Source of the DNA: a virus
Taxonomy: Duplodnaviria > Heunggongvirae > Uroviricota > Caudoviricetes
Length of the DNA stretch: 64,000 nt
Direction: 5' to 3' (one strand)
Virus record (IMG/VR): IMGVR_UViG_3300037484_000445
Location: 195,863-259,862 of that record
Position numbers and translations under genes: made by a program. The notes beneath the pieces were generated by a model, which saw nothing but the letters and a program-made list of their open reading frames with translations, was not told the origin of the DNA and did no database searches. How positions within the stretch are numbered: position 1 is the first letter of the stretch; each line of letters begins with the position of its first letter. Of the stretch, positions 17,441 to 25,361 are shown piece by piece.

Positions 17441-17805
17441 GTATCCTCCGATGACGGTGGGACAGCCGTTCCTTGGTGCCGGCAGTCTCGATTACGGATA
17501 GTCTTGATCACTCGTCTTGACCCTCTTGAGGCCCGCCACCAAACGATTAGCAACACCAGACCAGCGATAATCGATACAACCGAAATGGTGGAAAAGACGT
17601 TGAACGTTCGATCACTTTCAACTTTGGTGAAAGCAAGTGTTGCCCATACGCTAATGCCCGTTGGCAACAAGGCTAGAGCCAAGTTCAGGAACAACGAAGA
17701 ACCATCACCTCGCTCAAGTGCATCAAGCTCATCCTCCCGAACGTGAAAGATCACGGTCTCGGGAATCGGGACGTGTCGATTCTTTGGGTCCAGGGCTTGA
17801 GTCAT
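17437..17805 (-). CDS. two-TM membrane protein
   Basis: Two hydrophobic helices and a basic C-tail; coupled to the DUF1883 gene. Confidence 0.7.
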   Translation of the reverse strand: MTQALDPKNRHVPIPETVIFHVREDELDALERGDGSSLFLNLALALLPTGISVWATLAFTKVESDRTFNVFSTISVVSIIAGLVLLIVWWRASRGSRRVIKTIRNRDCRHQGTAVPPSSEDT

Positions 17806-17938
17806 GACCGGCCCCGAAGGCTAACACTCATCGGACTGTTCTGGCCTGCCCCGGTACCGTCCCTCCACCACCGGCTCATCAAGCAGGGCGCGGGGAAGCA
17901 CCCACTACTAACTTTCCAGCCCTACGATTTGCTCAGCC

Positions 17939-18202
17939 TCATCTCTTCCTGGGCCTACCCGGGCGTCTCTTCTTCGACGCCGGTTCGTCAAGGAGACTGC
18001 GGGTAGGTACCCCAAATCCCTTGGCCAACCGAACTAGCGTCCGGATGGTTAGGTTCATGCCCATCTCCATCCGCTGAAGGTTGTTGACCGGCATCTTGAG
18101 CTTCTCTGCTGCTTGCTGCTGAGTCCACCCCAGTTCTTCCCTGATTTCCGCTATTCGGCGCCCAACATTCAAGATGATCTGGTCAGCCCGTTCTGGTTCC
18201 AC
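17939..18202 (-). CDS. XRE-family HTH regulator
   Basis: GRRIAEIREELGWTQQQAAEKL...NLTIRTL. Confidence 0.85.
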   Translation of the reverse strand: MEPERADQIILNVGRRIAEIREELGWTQQQAAEKLKMPVNNLQRMEMGMNLTIRTLVRLAKGFGVPTRSLLDEPASKKRRPGRPRKR

Positions 18203-18272
18203 GGGCCATAGCGTTGCTTTTCTTGGTACCTCAGAAACATTACATGATATTGTAGTGTTTCTGAGGTGGGGT

Positions 18273-18578
18273 ATGACACGGAATCAATCAGGAAAGCTAA
18301 AAAGTCGGCCCGAGAGAATGAGTCCAGACCCAATGGTGACCTCGCTACCCGACGATCCGGTTGATCGGTTGCTCGCCACCGACCCAGTCCTGATCAAGTT
18401 GGGCCGCGAGATCCGGCGGCACCAACGGCTACTCAAGGATGCCTGCTCCGAGGAAGCTTGGCGAATCTACCTGCGGATCGAAGAGCTGATGAACGAGAGG
18501 ATGTTCTCGTTTGCGGACAAGTGGACAAAGTGGTCTCCACCTCGAAGAAGTCCCACGGCTGGCCCCAAGGGGTCATAA
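18273..18578 (+). CDS. hypothetical protein
   Basis: Fills the gap between the two XRE genes. Confidence 0.55.
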   Translation: MTRNQSGKLKSRPERMSPDPMVTSLPDDPVDRLLATDPVLIKLGREIRRHQRLLKDACSEEAWRIYLRIEELMNERMFSFADKWTKWSPPRRSPTAGPKGS

Positions 18579-18585
18579 CCAGGGG

Positions 18586-18861
18586 TCACCCCTTCCCACT
18601 CGGTCTACCCTTCTTGATCTCAAGGGATCGTCGCTTTGGCTTCTTGACCAAATCCTCAAAGGTGGTTCCAAGCACGTTGGCGATCTCGGCCAACTTACCA
18701 AGGGTCAGATTCTGCTTACCGCGCTCCACGAGCCCAACGTACTGAACTGAGCACCTCAGCCTCTCGGCAAACTCGGCCTGTGTCAGGCCTTTGGTTCTAC
18801 GTAGTTCAGCTATGCGACGGGCCACTCTGCTGATCAGCGCCTGGGGGTCGGTGGGGCTCAC
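18586..18861 (-). CDS. XRE-family HTH regulator
   Basis: RIAELRRTKGLTQAEFAERL...VERGKQNLTL. Confidence 0.85.
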   Translation of the reverse strand: MSPTDPQALISRVARRIAELRRTKGLTQAEFAERLRCSVQYVGLVERGKQNLTLGKLAEIANVLGTTFEDLVKKPKRRSLEIKKGRPSGKG

Positions 18862-18945
18862 GCTCGGAGCCCACGTCGGAAGCGCCCTCAGTAAAAGCAA
18901 GTTATAGCTTTGACATTGCGTTGGTATTCAGATCACGATCCGTTC

Positions 18946-19791
18946 ATGCAACTTCAAGCAGCCAAGTGCCCTGAGTGTGGTGCCGATATCCAAGTTCCAA
19001 CCAATCGCTCCACGGTCAAGTGCATGTACTGCGGCAAGGACATCCGCGTTCAACAAGCCATCAGTGCTGCTGGACCACCCGTAGACCACCTCATTCAGCT
19101 TGCCCAGGCAGCGGAAGCATCCGGCAATCACGAGGAAGCTTACGAGTATTGGACTCGTGCCCTCGAAGTTGACCCCACCAACGCGAGTGCGTGGATAGGG
19201 AAGGCAATCTCAGCAGGATGGCAGTCGAACCTGATCCAAGATCGACTTTCCGAGATGACTGCTGGGATTGATCAGGCTCTGAACTACTCGGACAAAGAAC
19301 GGGAAGGACTCGCAGAAGAGGCCTCCCATCGAATCGTGGAAGTAGTCCAGGCCTACTACGGGCTGTCTATCGACCACACGATGGAGTTCATCACCGTGGA
19401 CACGTCGTGGCCGGAACACATCGAACGATCACTCTCGATGCTGGAGGCCATGTCCAAGGCTATCGAGCTAGCCCCTGGCGACCTCCACGTGAAGACCGAG
19501 ACGTTGGCTATTGTCGAAGCACTGCTCAAGGGTATCGAGTACCCCAAGGGAGAGTTCTCGGAAGGGTTCGAGTATCTGAATGTTCCACCTGACCTTCGAC
19601 CTCGGCTGGAGAGCAGTCGCATTGACCTGGTAGCCAAGATTAAGGTCCAGGATCCAACGTATGTACCCAAGGACGTGAAGCCAGTCAAAGGGCCGGGGTG
19701 CGGGTGTCAACTCGTTGTTCTCTTGGTAGCCCTCGTCATCGCCGCTGTAGTCCTGCACTTCCTGATCAAGTTCTCGAAGGGCGACTTCTAG
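18946..19791 (+). CDS. zinc-ribbon + TPR protein with C-terminal TM helix
   Basis: CPECG...CMYCG; AYEYWTRALEVDPTN; hydrophobic C-terminus. Confidence 0.75.
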   Translation: MQLQAAKCPECGADIQVPTNRSTVKCMYCGKDIRVQQAISAAGPPVDHLIQLAQAAEASGNHEEAYEYWTRALEVDPTNASAWIGKAISAGWQSNLIQDRLSEMTAGIDQALNYSDKEREGLAEEASHRIVEVVQAYYGLSIDHTMEFITVDTSWPEHIERSLSMLEAMSKAIELAPGDLHVKTETLAIVEALLKGIEYPKGEFSEGFEYLNVPPDLRPRLESSRIDLVAKIKVQDPTYVPKDVKPVKGPGCGCQLVVLLVALVIAAVVLHFLIKFSKGDF

Positions 19792-19813
19792 AGTAGGCAC
19801 CCTGCTCAGGGCT

Positions 19814-20122
19814 CTAGGGTGCGAGTTTAGCCACCCCCCACGTTTTCCCATCAACATCTAGTTTCTGAACTTGAAGAGCACCGCTGGGATCCAGTCCGAC
19901 ACGGTAGATGCCGTTGGCATCCCAGGAAGGTGACGGACAGCTTAATGAACCGAACATTTTGACGGCCTGAACCAGGTAGGGGGTGATTGCGCCGGGGCTA
20001 GCGATAACCTGAACCACGTTCTGAAAGTCTGTTGGTTTCCAATTCAGGGACATGGCGCCATTGTCAATGTCCATTTCTCTACCTGTCAAGCCTAGACTGA
20101 TCTGCTTCGAGGACTGGTCCAT
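19814..20122 (-). CDS. hypothetical protein
   Basis: 102-aa ORF, the last in the element. Confidence 0.5.
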   Translation of the reverse strand: MDQSSKQISLGLTGREMDIDNGAMSLNWKPTDFQNVVQVIASPGAITPYLVQAVKMFGSLSCPSPSWDANGIYRVGLDPSGALQVQKLDVDGKTWGVAKLAP

Positions 20123-20148
20123 AGCTCACAGTTTTCATAAGTGAGTTA

Positions 20149-20182
20149 TGGGTCAGCTCAGGGAGCTTTTGGGTCAGCTCAG
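20149..20182 (+). repeat. two 13-bp subterminal direct repeats TGGGTCAGCTCAG
   Basis: 20149-20161 and 20170-20182, period 21 bp. Confidence 0.85.
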
Positions 20183-20184
20183 AT

Positions 20185-20199
20185 TTCTAGGGCAAAGCC
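20185..20199 (-). repeat. right terminal inverted repeat
   Basis: ttctagggcaaagcc. Confidence 0.9.
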
Positions 20200-20208
20200 T
20201 CTTCAAGA
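20200..20208 (+). repeat. right target-site duplication TCTTCAAGA
   Basis: Identical to 13503-13511. Confidence 0.9.
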
Positions 20209-20231
20209 TCCATTTATGCTAACCCTTGGGC

Positions 20232-20654
20232 ATGACCTCTCAGGCCCAGCGACTAGCCAGCAGATACACCAACGAAGCGGGGGGCCACCTGGTCGTTCTC
20301 ACGGAAGAACGCTTTAAGGCTCTAGGTGCTTCAGCCAAACTGTGGGAGGGGTACACCTACAAATTGGCCTACGACCAATTCTCTGAGCAAGGAGAGGCCG
20401 CTGGAGGGGGTCAGATAGACTTAGGCACTCCGAAGTTCGCCAGTCTGGAAGGGCTCTTGAAGTCTCGAAGCATTGAAGGGCGTGTGTGGTTGGATTGGTC
20501 CAACAAGAAACACACGCCCCGCTCTTGCATCAGTAGTGAGGCTGAAGAACGCACAGGCTTCAATCGGACTTATAGCCTGTGGATCGAACGAATTGATGGG
20601 AGGCCCTTGAATTCGGAAGAGCTCCGTTTCATCAACGCCGAACTTCACATCTAA
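20232..20654 (+). CDS. hypothetical protein with N-terminal RLASRY tag
   Basis: MTSQAQRLASRY. Confidence 0.7.
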   Translation: MTSQAQRLASRYTNEAGGHLVVLTEERFKALGASAKLWEGYTYKLAYDQFSEQGEAAGGGQIDLGTPKFASLEGLLKSRSIEGRVWLDWSNKKHTPRSCISSEAEERTGFNRTYSLWIERIDGRPLNSEELRFINAELHI

Positions 20655-20887
20655 GTCGAGGGTCCTGGTTTGAAGCCCTTGAGGGCGCATGCACGACAGA
20701 CGGTGGTTCCCTCTTTCATGTTGAGAATCCAACCGTCTCTTCGAGCCTGTCTTCGACAATCGGCACCATTCTCGGCGGTGTATTGTGCTGGAGGGTAGTT
20801 CTGAGTTGAGCCCTTAATACATCGACTCTTTGGACACTCGGGATCCCCGTCACAATACAAATCAAGTGTGTAGCAACCAACGATCAT
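20651..20887 (-). CDS. small Cys-rich protein
   Basis: LYCD...C...C...GW...CRAC. Confidence 0.65.
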   Translation of the reverse strand: MIVGCYTLDLYCDGDPECPKSRCIKGSTQNYPPAQYTAENGADCRRQARRDGWILNMKEGTTVCRACALKGFKPGPST

Positions 20888-20888
20888 G

Positions 20889-21101
20889 TTAGTTGGTTGC
20901 CTCGTTTACGGCTTTTTCGAAACGCCTTGTTAGCTCTGGATCAGCTTCTAGCTTGGTTATCAGGCGCTCAGCCCAGAGCCAGTGTTCCTCGCACAATAGA
21001 ACCGGCTCTCCCTTACCCTCAGGATCTTCTAGACAGTGGATAGCAGTCTTGCTACAAGGACCAAACACGCCGGCACAAGTCTTTGGGGTGGGTATGGCCA
21101 T
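20889..21101 (-). CDS. small Cys/His hypothetical protein
   Basis: C...C...LCEEH. Confidence 0.6.
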   Translation of the reverse strand: MAIPTPKTCAGVFGPCSKTAIHCLEDPEGKGEPVLLCEEHWLWAERLITKLEADPELTRRFEKAVNEATN

Positions 21102-21232
21102 TAGGACTTAACCTTACACCGGACGCGCCAGCCCTTCTTACGAAATGACTGGAATACCCCTAAGAGTCCCTTCCAGTCTATGGCTAGCGCGTTGTCCGGA
21201 ATGTCGATTTCGACTTGATAGATGATCTTCAT
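21101..21232 (-). CDS. 43-aa protein MKIIYQVEIDIPDNALAIDWKGLLGVFQSFRKKGWRVRCKVKS (below ORF-track cut-off)
   Basis: TAATG stop/start coupling to the next gene. Confidence 0.55.
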   Translation of the reverse strand: MKIIYQVEIDIPDNALAIDWKGLLGVFQSFRKKGWRVRCKVKS

Positions 21233-21268
21233 GCCCTCATCATGTATGACCTACCAGCAAGGGCCAAA

Positions 21269-21487
21269 TTACGTGCAACTACATGTTCGACGTGGCCCAG
21301 GCCCCATTCCTTTCGATCTGCAGCTCTGTGCCTTCAGTTCGTAGCAAGTAACTCTACATTGCTCCTGGCTCTTTGATGACCGACACCTAGTAACACACTG
21401 AAGGCATTGAGCTGAGCATACCCTGTGTTCTGCAGGTGTTGCCGTAGCGGTGCTTGCTAAGAAGAGGGCAACCAGGAGTAATTTCAC
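21269..21487 (-). CDS. secreted Cys-rich small protein
   Basis: Signal peptide MKLLLVALFLASTATA; 9 Cys in the mature part. Confidence 0.7.
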   Translation of the reverse strand: MKLLLVALFLASTATATPAEHRVCSAQCLQCVTRCRSSKSQEQCRVTCYELKAQSCRSKGMGPGPRRTCSCT

Positions 21488-21490
21488 GGG

Positions 21491-21958
21491 CTAGTTCCTC
21501 CGAAGTTTGGCATCCAGGCTAGTGATAGCATTGGCCAATTCCGGGAATTTTGGGGGGCGAGCCGCGAGCTGTGTGGAACTTGACCGCGACGTACTTGGGC
21601 CTCCTTTAGCACCGATCGGCTGTGCTGTGCCCGAAGGGTTGAGTTGTGTGTTGACCCCGACGACGAGTTGCTGTGTGGCAGCTTCAATCTGTTCAATAGA
21701 TTCGCAAGTTGCCAGTAGAACATTGGCTATTTCTTCCACTGAAACATTGAACAGCTCCGAAAACTCTTCGAAGGAATCCGTGAATCGGGTGGGTACTCCA
21801 CCGACAGAACTCGTGGCACTCTTGTTGACGGCCACCAAGGAGAGGGCTAAATGATTGTCAATACTGTGCAACTTGGTTTGTGCCTCGGTAACCTTTGCCA
21901 TCAATTCGGACAACACTTTTTGCAGTTTGACGTAATTGGCTCTGGCTTGCTGACTCAT
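21491..21958 (-). CDS. hypothetical coiled-coil protein
   Basis: Start reassigned to MSQQARANY. Confidence 0.6.
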   Translation of the reverse strand: MSQQARANYVKLQKVLSELMAKVTEAQTKLHSIDNHLALSLVAVNKSATSSVGGVPTRFTDSFEEFSELFNVSVEEIANVLLATCESIEQIEAATQQLVVGVNTQLNPSGTAQPIGAKGGPSTSRSSSTQLAARPPKFPELANAITSLDAKLRRN

Positions 21959-22046
21959 GTTCGGCCTCTTGAGGTATAAGTACGGACACAGGCCTTTAGA
22001 GCTTAAGGCATTTGCATAAATCGGCCCCTCGGTGTAGATACGCCCC

Positions 22047-22619
22047 ATGCCCGAAATGTCTAAAAACGAAGACAGCCTGCAAGTCTACTGGGACGAGATT
22101 TGGATGGCTCGCAACCGTCCTATTCCAGAGGAACCTCAAGGCCCGCCAACGCTTTACGAATCGGCTGAACCTGGTGATATGGTTCTGGGTACGTCGAAGC
22201 GGCGTGTTTTGGTAGTCATTAAGACCGACGGTTCCCTCATCTATGGTCCAGACTACCGTCCTGATAAAGCGGCTGAGATCTTTTGGGAGGCTATGGCTCA
22301 ACGTCGAGAAGCCTATGAGGAACGGTCACTTATCATTCGGCACATGGAATCCATCCTAGTGCGTCTCGGCCAAGCGGACATGAATGCTGAGCATCTCAGG
22401 CAGATGTCAGAGCAAGAAGCCACACCGGAGAACATTCAGGCCGCGGGACAAGCCGTTCGAATCCTTGAAAGGGTGATGTCTCAAGCCATAGAGCTCGGGC
22501 GGGGTTTGGTCCGGCGTCCAGACATACCAGTACCCGCCGTACCAGAGCGGGTACCGACGAGCATCGAGGCCAACCCTGATAGCGAGTACCAAGGCATTGC
22601 TGGACTCGAGGAGTCTTAA
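22047..22619 (+). CDS. hypothetical protein
   Basis: ATG 10 nt after GGTGTA. Confidence 0.7.
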   Translation: MPEMSKNEDSLQVYWDEIWMARNRPIPEEPQGPPTLYESAEPGDMVLGTSKRRVLVVIKTDGSLIYGPDYRPDKAAEIFWEAMAQRREAYEERSLIIRHMESILVRLGQADMNAEHLRQMSEQEATPENIQAAGQAVRILERVMSQAIELGRGLVRRPDIPVPAVPERVPTSIEANPDSEYQGIAGLEES

Positions 22620-22649
22620 GTTTTCCTGTGCCCAAGACGTATTACCACC

Positions 22650-23315
22650 ATGTCCGAAGTCACCTACGAGCACCCATCCTATTGCCTAGTTTCGTTCTCT
22701 CGACGCCAGGGCAACCCCAAGCTGTTCGGCAGCGCTCTCACCAATCACTACAGCTACGTCACGTTGCAGGTCAAGAGAACGTCTCTAATACGGGATGAGC
22801 ATGATGACCGTTATTTTGGGTCCATCAATGGTGACATCATCGAGGTCGATATGTCGGCTGCTCAGTTCGCTGAGCTCCTCACGACCATGAATGTTGGGTT
22901 GGGTACCCCAGGCACTCTTCGACGCTTGAACAATGTTCGCATTGAGGAGCCACCAGACTTGCCGAGCGAGGTCGAACACATCCAGTTGACTTTCGATAAG
23001 GACCTTCGAGGATTCGCGAAAACTGTTCTCGAGAAGTCCATGCCCCGGGCGAGAGATATCCTCGCCAAGCAATCTCTGACCAAGGCGGATAGGGCTGAGC
23101 TCCTAGGCATCCTTGAGGGGGTTTCTCGACGTTTGACGGATTCCGTGCCCTTCATCCTCGAGATGTTCAACGAGTCCGTTGGTAAGCGAGTCACCGCGGC
23201 CAAAACTGAGATTGATTCTCTGCTTGGGGTCATCCTACGTAAGACGGGCCTCAAGGCTCTCCAACTTCAAGCTAGCGAGGAGACTCCGATCGAACTACCC
23301 CCCAAAGGCAAGTAA
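22650..23315 (+). CDS. conserved phage-type hypothetical protein
   Basis: HPSY...FSR...LFGS... pattern recalled from phage proteins. Confidence 0.7.
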   Translation: MSEVTYEHPSYCLVSFSRRQGNPKLFGSALTNHYSYVTLQVKRTSLIRDEHDDRYFGSINGDIIEVDMSAAQFAELLTTMNVGLGTPGTLRRLNNVRIEEPPDLPSEVEHIQLTFDKDLRGFAKTVLEKSMPRARDILAKQSLTKADRAELLGILEGVSRRLTDSVPFILEMFNESVGKRVTAAKTEIDSLLGVILRKTGLKALQLQASEETPIELPPKGK

Positions 23316-23554
23316 TGGCTATCATCGAGCACTGGCCGGTGTTTCTAGGTATTGAAGAGTCTCCAGATCGCATTGTCGTGTGTGACAGGTGTGGTGCTCA
23401 TGCGCCTTCCCAACCTAGTACAGATCCTGGTGAGTCGGCTACGGCTGCTCGCAAAGTGGGCTTCACCACTGTGAAGGTAGGTTTAGGGAAGCCCTTAGAG
23501 TGGCGATGCCCCCGGTGTAAAGAGTCCCTTGAGAAAAGTTCGCAAGGGTCTTAA
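23315..23554 (+). CDS. small zinc-binding protein
   Basis: CDRC...CPRC. Confidence 0.65.
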   Translation: MAIIEHWPVFLGIEESPDRIVVCDRCGAHAPSQPSTDPGESATAARKVGFTTVKVGLGKPLEWRCPRCKESLEKSSQGS

Positions 23555-23584
23555 GGAGGTTGCCCTCCTTTTCGTACTAGGAGT

Positions 23585-24091
23585 ATGTCGATTAAACACC
23601 TGATTTTGATGAGGGGGATTCCGGGATCGGGTAAGTCCACAGAGGCCGAAATCTTGCGCGGGTTTAGCTCTTTCTCCTCGATCGTATCAGCAGACTTTCA
23701 CATGTATGCTGACGGTCAAGAATGGTCGGCGTCTCGCTTGAAGGAATGTCATGAACGCTGCTTTCAATCATGCCAGGCCTTTATGGCGTCGGAGAGTCCC
23801 CTCGTCATCGTGGACAACACAAACTCCTTGGTTTCAGAAATCCAAGCCTATTACGATCTAGCTGTTCGCTACGATTACCACTTCACGGTGTACCAGATCC
23901 ATGTCAACCCACACACCGCCCATGCCCGATGCCGCCACTCCATATCATTTGATGCTGTTGTTAGGTATGCCCGACGAATGTGGTATGAACGACTCCCAGC
24001 CGAATGGAACGTCTGGACCAAAGGCACCCCATGGAAACCCCAAAAAGAAGCCTCGTCGCCGGAAGACGAAATCGAGCGAGCACGCCGCTAA
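23585..24091 (+). CDS. P-loop kinase (AAA_33/polynucleotide-kinase-like)
   Basis: MRGIPGSGKST, SAD, IVDNTN. Confidence 0.8.
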   Translation: MSIKHLILMRGIPGSGKSTEAEILRGFSSFSSIVSADFHMYADGQEWSASRLKECHERCFQSCQAFMASESPLVIVDNTNSLVSEIQAYYDLAVRYDYHFTVYQIHVNPHTAHARCRHSISFDAVVRYARRMWYERLPAEWNVWTKGTPWKPQKEASSPEDEIERARR

Positions 24092-24866
24092 TCTCTCGAA
24101 GGCCCTCAATCTAAGAGAGGTCGTCAGGATCTACCAAGAGTGTGAAGAGGACCTTCGCAGAGCCTATACTCTACTAGTTTCGGTTCAAGAACGCCTAGAC
24201 AGCACGTTCGGTACAGGAAGTAGGCACTTCTCCGTAACAACGTACAGTAACCCCAATTTCAAGCACCCTGAAGAAGTCCTCAGGGAGATCAAACGCAATG
24301 CTTGGGCGGCTCTCGTCGATCGTATGGGGATCAAGTCTATCATGTCGGTTGCTCGGGCAAAGGAATTGGACGACCAACTAGACGAGAAGTACAAGGGAGA
24401 AATTCCTGAAATCACCTTTGAGAATGTGGCTTCAACTCTCAAGGGTATGCATGACCAAATCCCTGTGATGGCCAAAGAAGCTGTCATCGAAGTGTTTGAG
24501 TTTCTTCGTCCTCCTCGCAATCGATTCAAGACTAACGGACCCTTTGAGATCGGTACCCGTGCCGTTATTCCTAGGATAGTCCACATGGGGTGGCGAACGT
24601 ACACTGTTGAATACAGTGACAAGCCGAGCTTGCGAGCTCTTGAGAACGTCTTCTCTTACCTCGACGGTAAGGGGTTCGCCGATAGGACGTTCCAAGGCGT
24701 CTTAGTGGAGGCCATCGAAAAGACCTCTCCTCAAAACAATGAGGGGCAAACGGAGTACTTCCGGTTCAAAACCCACAAGAACGGTAACCTCCACATTGAG
24801 TTTCTTCGTCCGGATTTGGTAAAAGAACTGAACCGTGTCGCAGGCGGTCACCGTCTCAAGGCTTAG
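23985..24866 (+). CDS. DUF4942-domain protein
   Basis: FKTN...IG.R...ENVFSYLDGK...YFRFKTHKNGNLHIEF; start uncertain. Confidence 0.7.
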   Translation: MNDSQPNGTSGPKAPHGNPKKKPRRRKTKSSEHAANLSKALNLREVVRIYQECEEDLRRAYTLLVSVQERLDSTFGTGSRHFSVTTYSNPNFKHPEEVLREIKRNAWAALVDRMGIKSIMSVARAKELDDQLDEKYKGEIPEITFENVASTLKGMHDQIPVMAKEAVIEVFEFLRPPRNRFKTNGPFEIGTRAVIPRIVHMGWRTYTVEYSDKPSLRALENVFSYLDGKGFADRTFQGVLVEAIEKTSPQNNEGQTEYFRFKTHKNGNLHIEFLRPDLVKELNRVAGGHRLKA

Positions 24867-25156
24867 GTGTGATCGTACTCGTTTTCAATTGCGTCGAAGT
24901 GTAAGTCCACAAACCTGTGGGCTTTGATTCGGGCTTGCTTGGTCTCCCTGTTTTCGGGGATTCCTTTGGGAGCACCGTCGGCGTGAGCGCCGTGAGTCCC
25001 CCGGCATGTAGGGAAAGTGGTACAGCCGTAGAAAGGGCCGCTGTACTTGTGGCTGTAGCGGAGAATCATCGGAGCCCCGCATTCGCCACAGACCAGGTCT
25101 CTGCGTTCTTTCGGGTATTTCCTCGGTTCATTCAAATCGACGTCACGAATGACCAT
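24863..25156 (-). CDS. zinc-finger protein (topoisomerase C4 / DUF3268-like)
   Basis: CGECG...FYGCTTFPTCRGTHGAH...ARIKAH. Confidence 0.7.
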   Translation of the reverse strand: MVIRDVDLNEPRKYPKERRDLVCGECGAPMILRYSHKYSGPFYGCTTFPTCRGTHGAHADGAPKGIPENRETKQARIKAHRFVDLHFDAIENEYDHT

Positions 25157-25352
25157 TTTCGTTGGTTCCTTCTGGCCACAGCTTGTCGAGTTCCGGGTCG
25201 TATAGGAAGGCGTCGGCTCGTTTGAGGGGCCATCCTTTCTCTTTGGACAAGGTGGCCGGCGAAAGTCCAGATCTGCGGATCATTTGAAGGGCCGCCTGGT
25301 AGGACATCTTCGTTATGCTGGATAGGTAGTTGGCCCGAGACTTGATGGACAC
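25143..25352 (-). CDS. hypothetical protein
   Basis: GTG 10 nt after GGTGTA. Confidence 0.65.
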   Translation of the reverse strand: MSIKSRANYLSSITKMSYQAALQMIRRSGLSPATLSKEKGWPLKRADAFLYDPELDKLWPEGTNENGHS

Positions 25353-25361
25353 CCCTGGATT

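Larger units (their letters stand above)
13512..20199. mobile_element. 6,688-bp cargo-carrying DDE transposon
   Basis: Perfect 15-bp TIRs, 9-bp TSD and an internal transposase; the empty site restores an ORF. Confidence 0.9.

Noticed and set aside
17127-17746. C-terminal half of the 406-aa ORF as real protein
   Set aside because: It overlaps two recognisable minus-strand genes and is better explained by a frameshift.
18820-18840. SRVARRI in the XRE protein as a packaging tag
   Set aside because: It is the normal first helix of XRE domains (compare GRRIAEIR) and lacks the aromatic residue.
23985-24091. Programmed frameshift between the P-loop kinase and DUF4942 genes
   Set aside because: There is an overlap of about 105 nt but no obvious slippery site; start uncertainty explains it.
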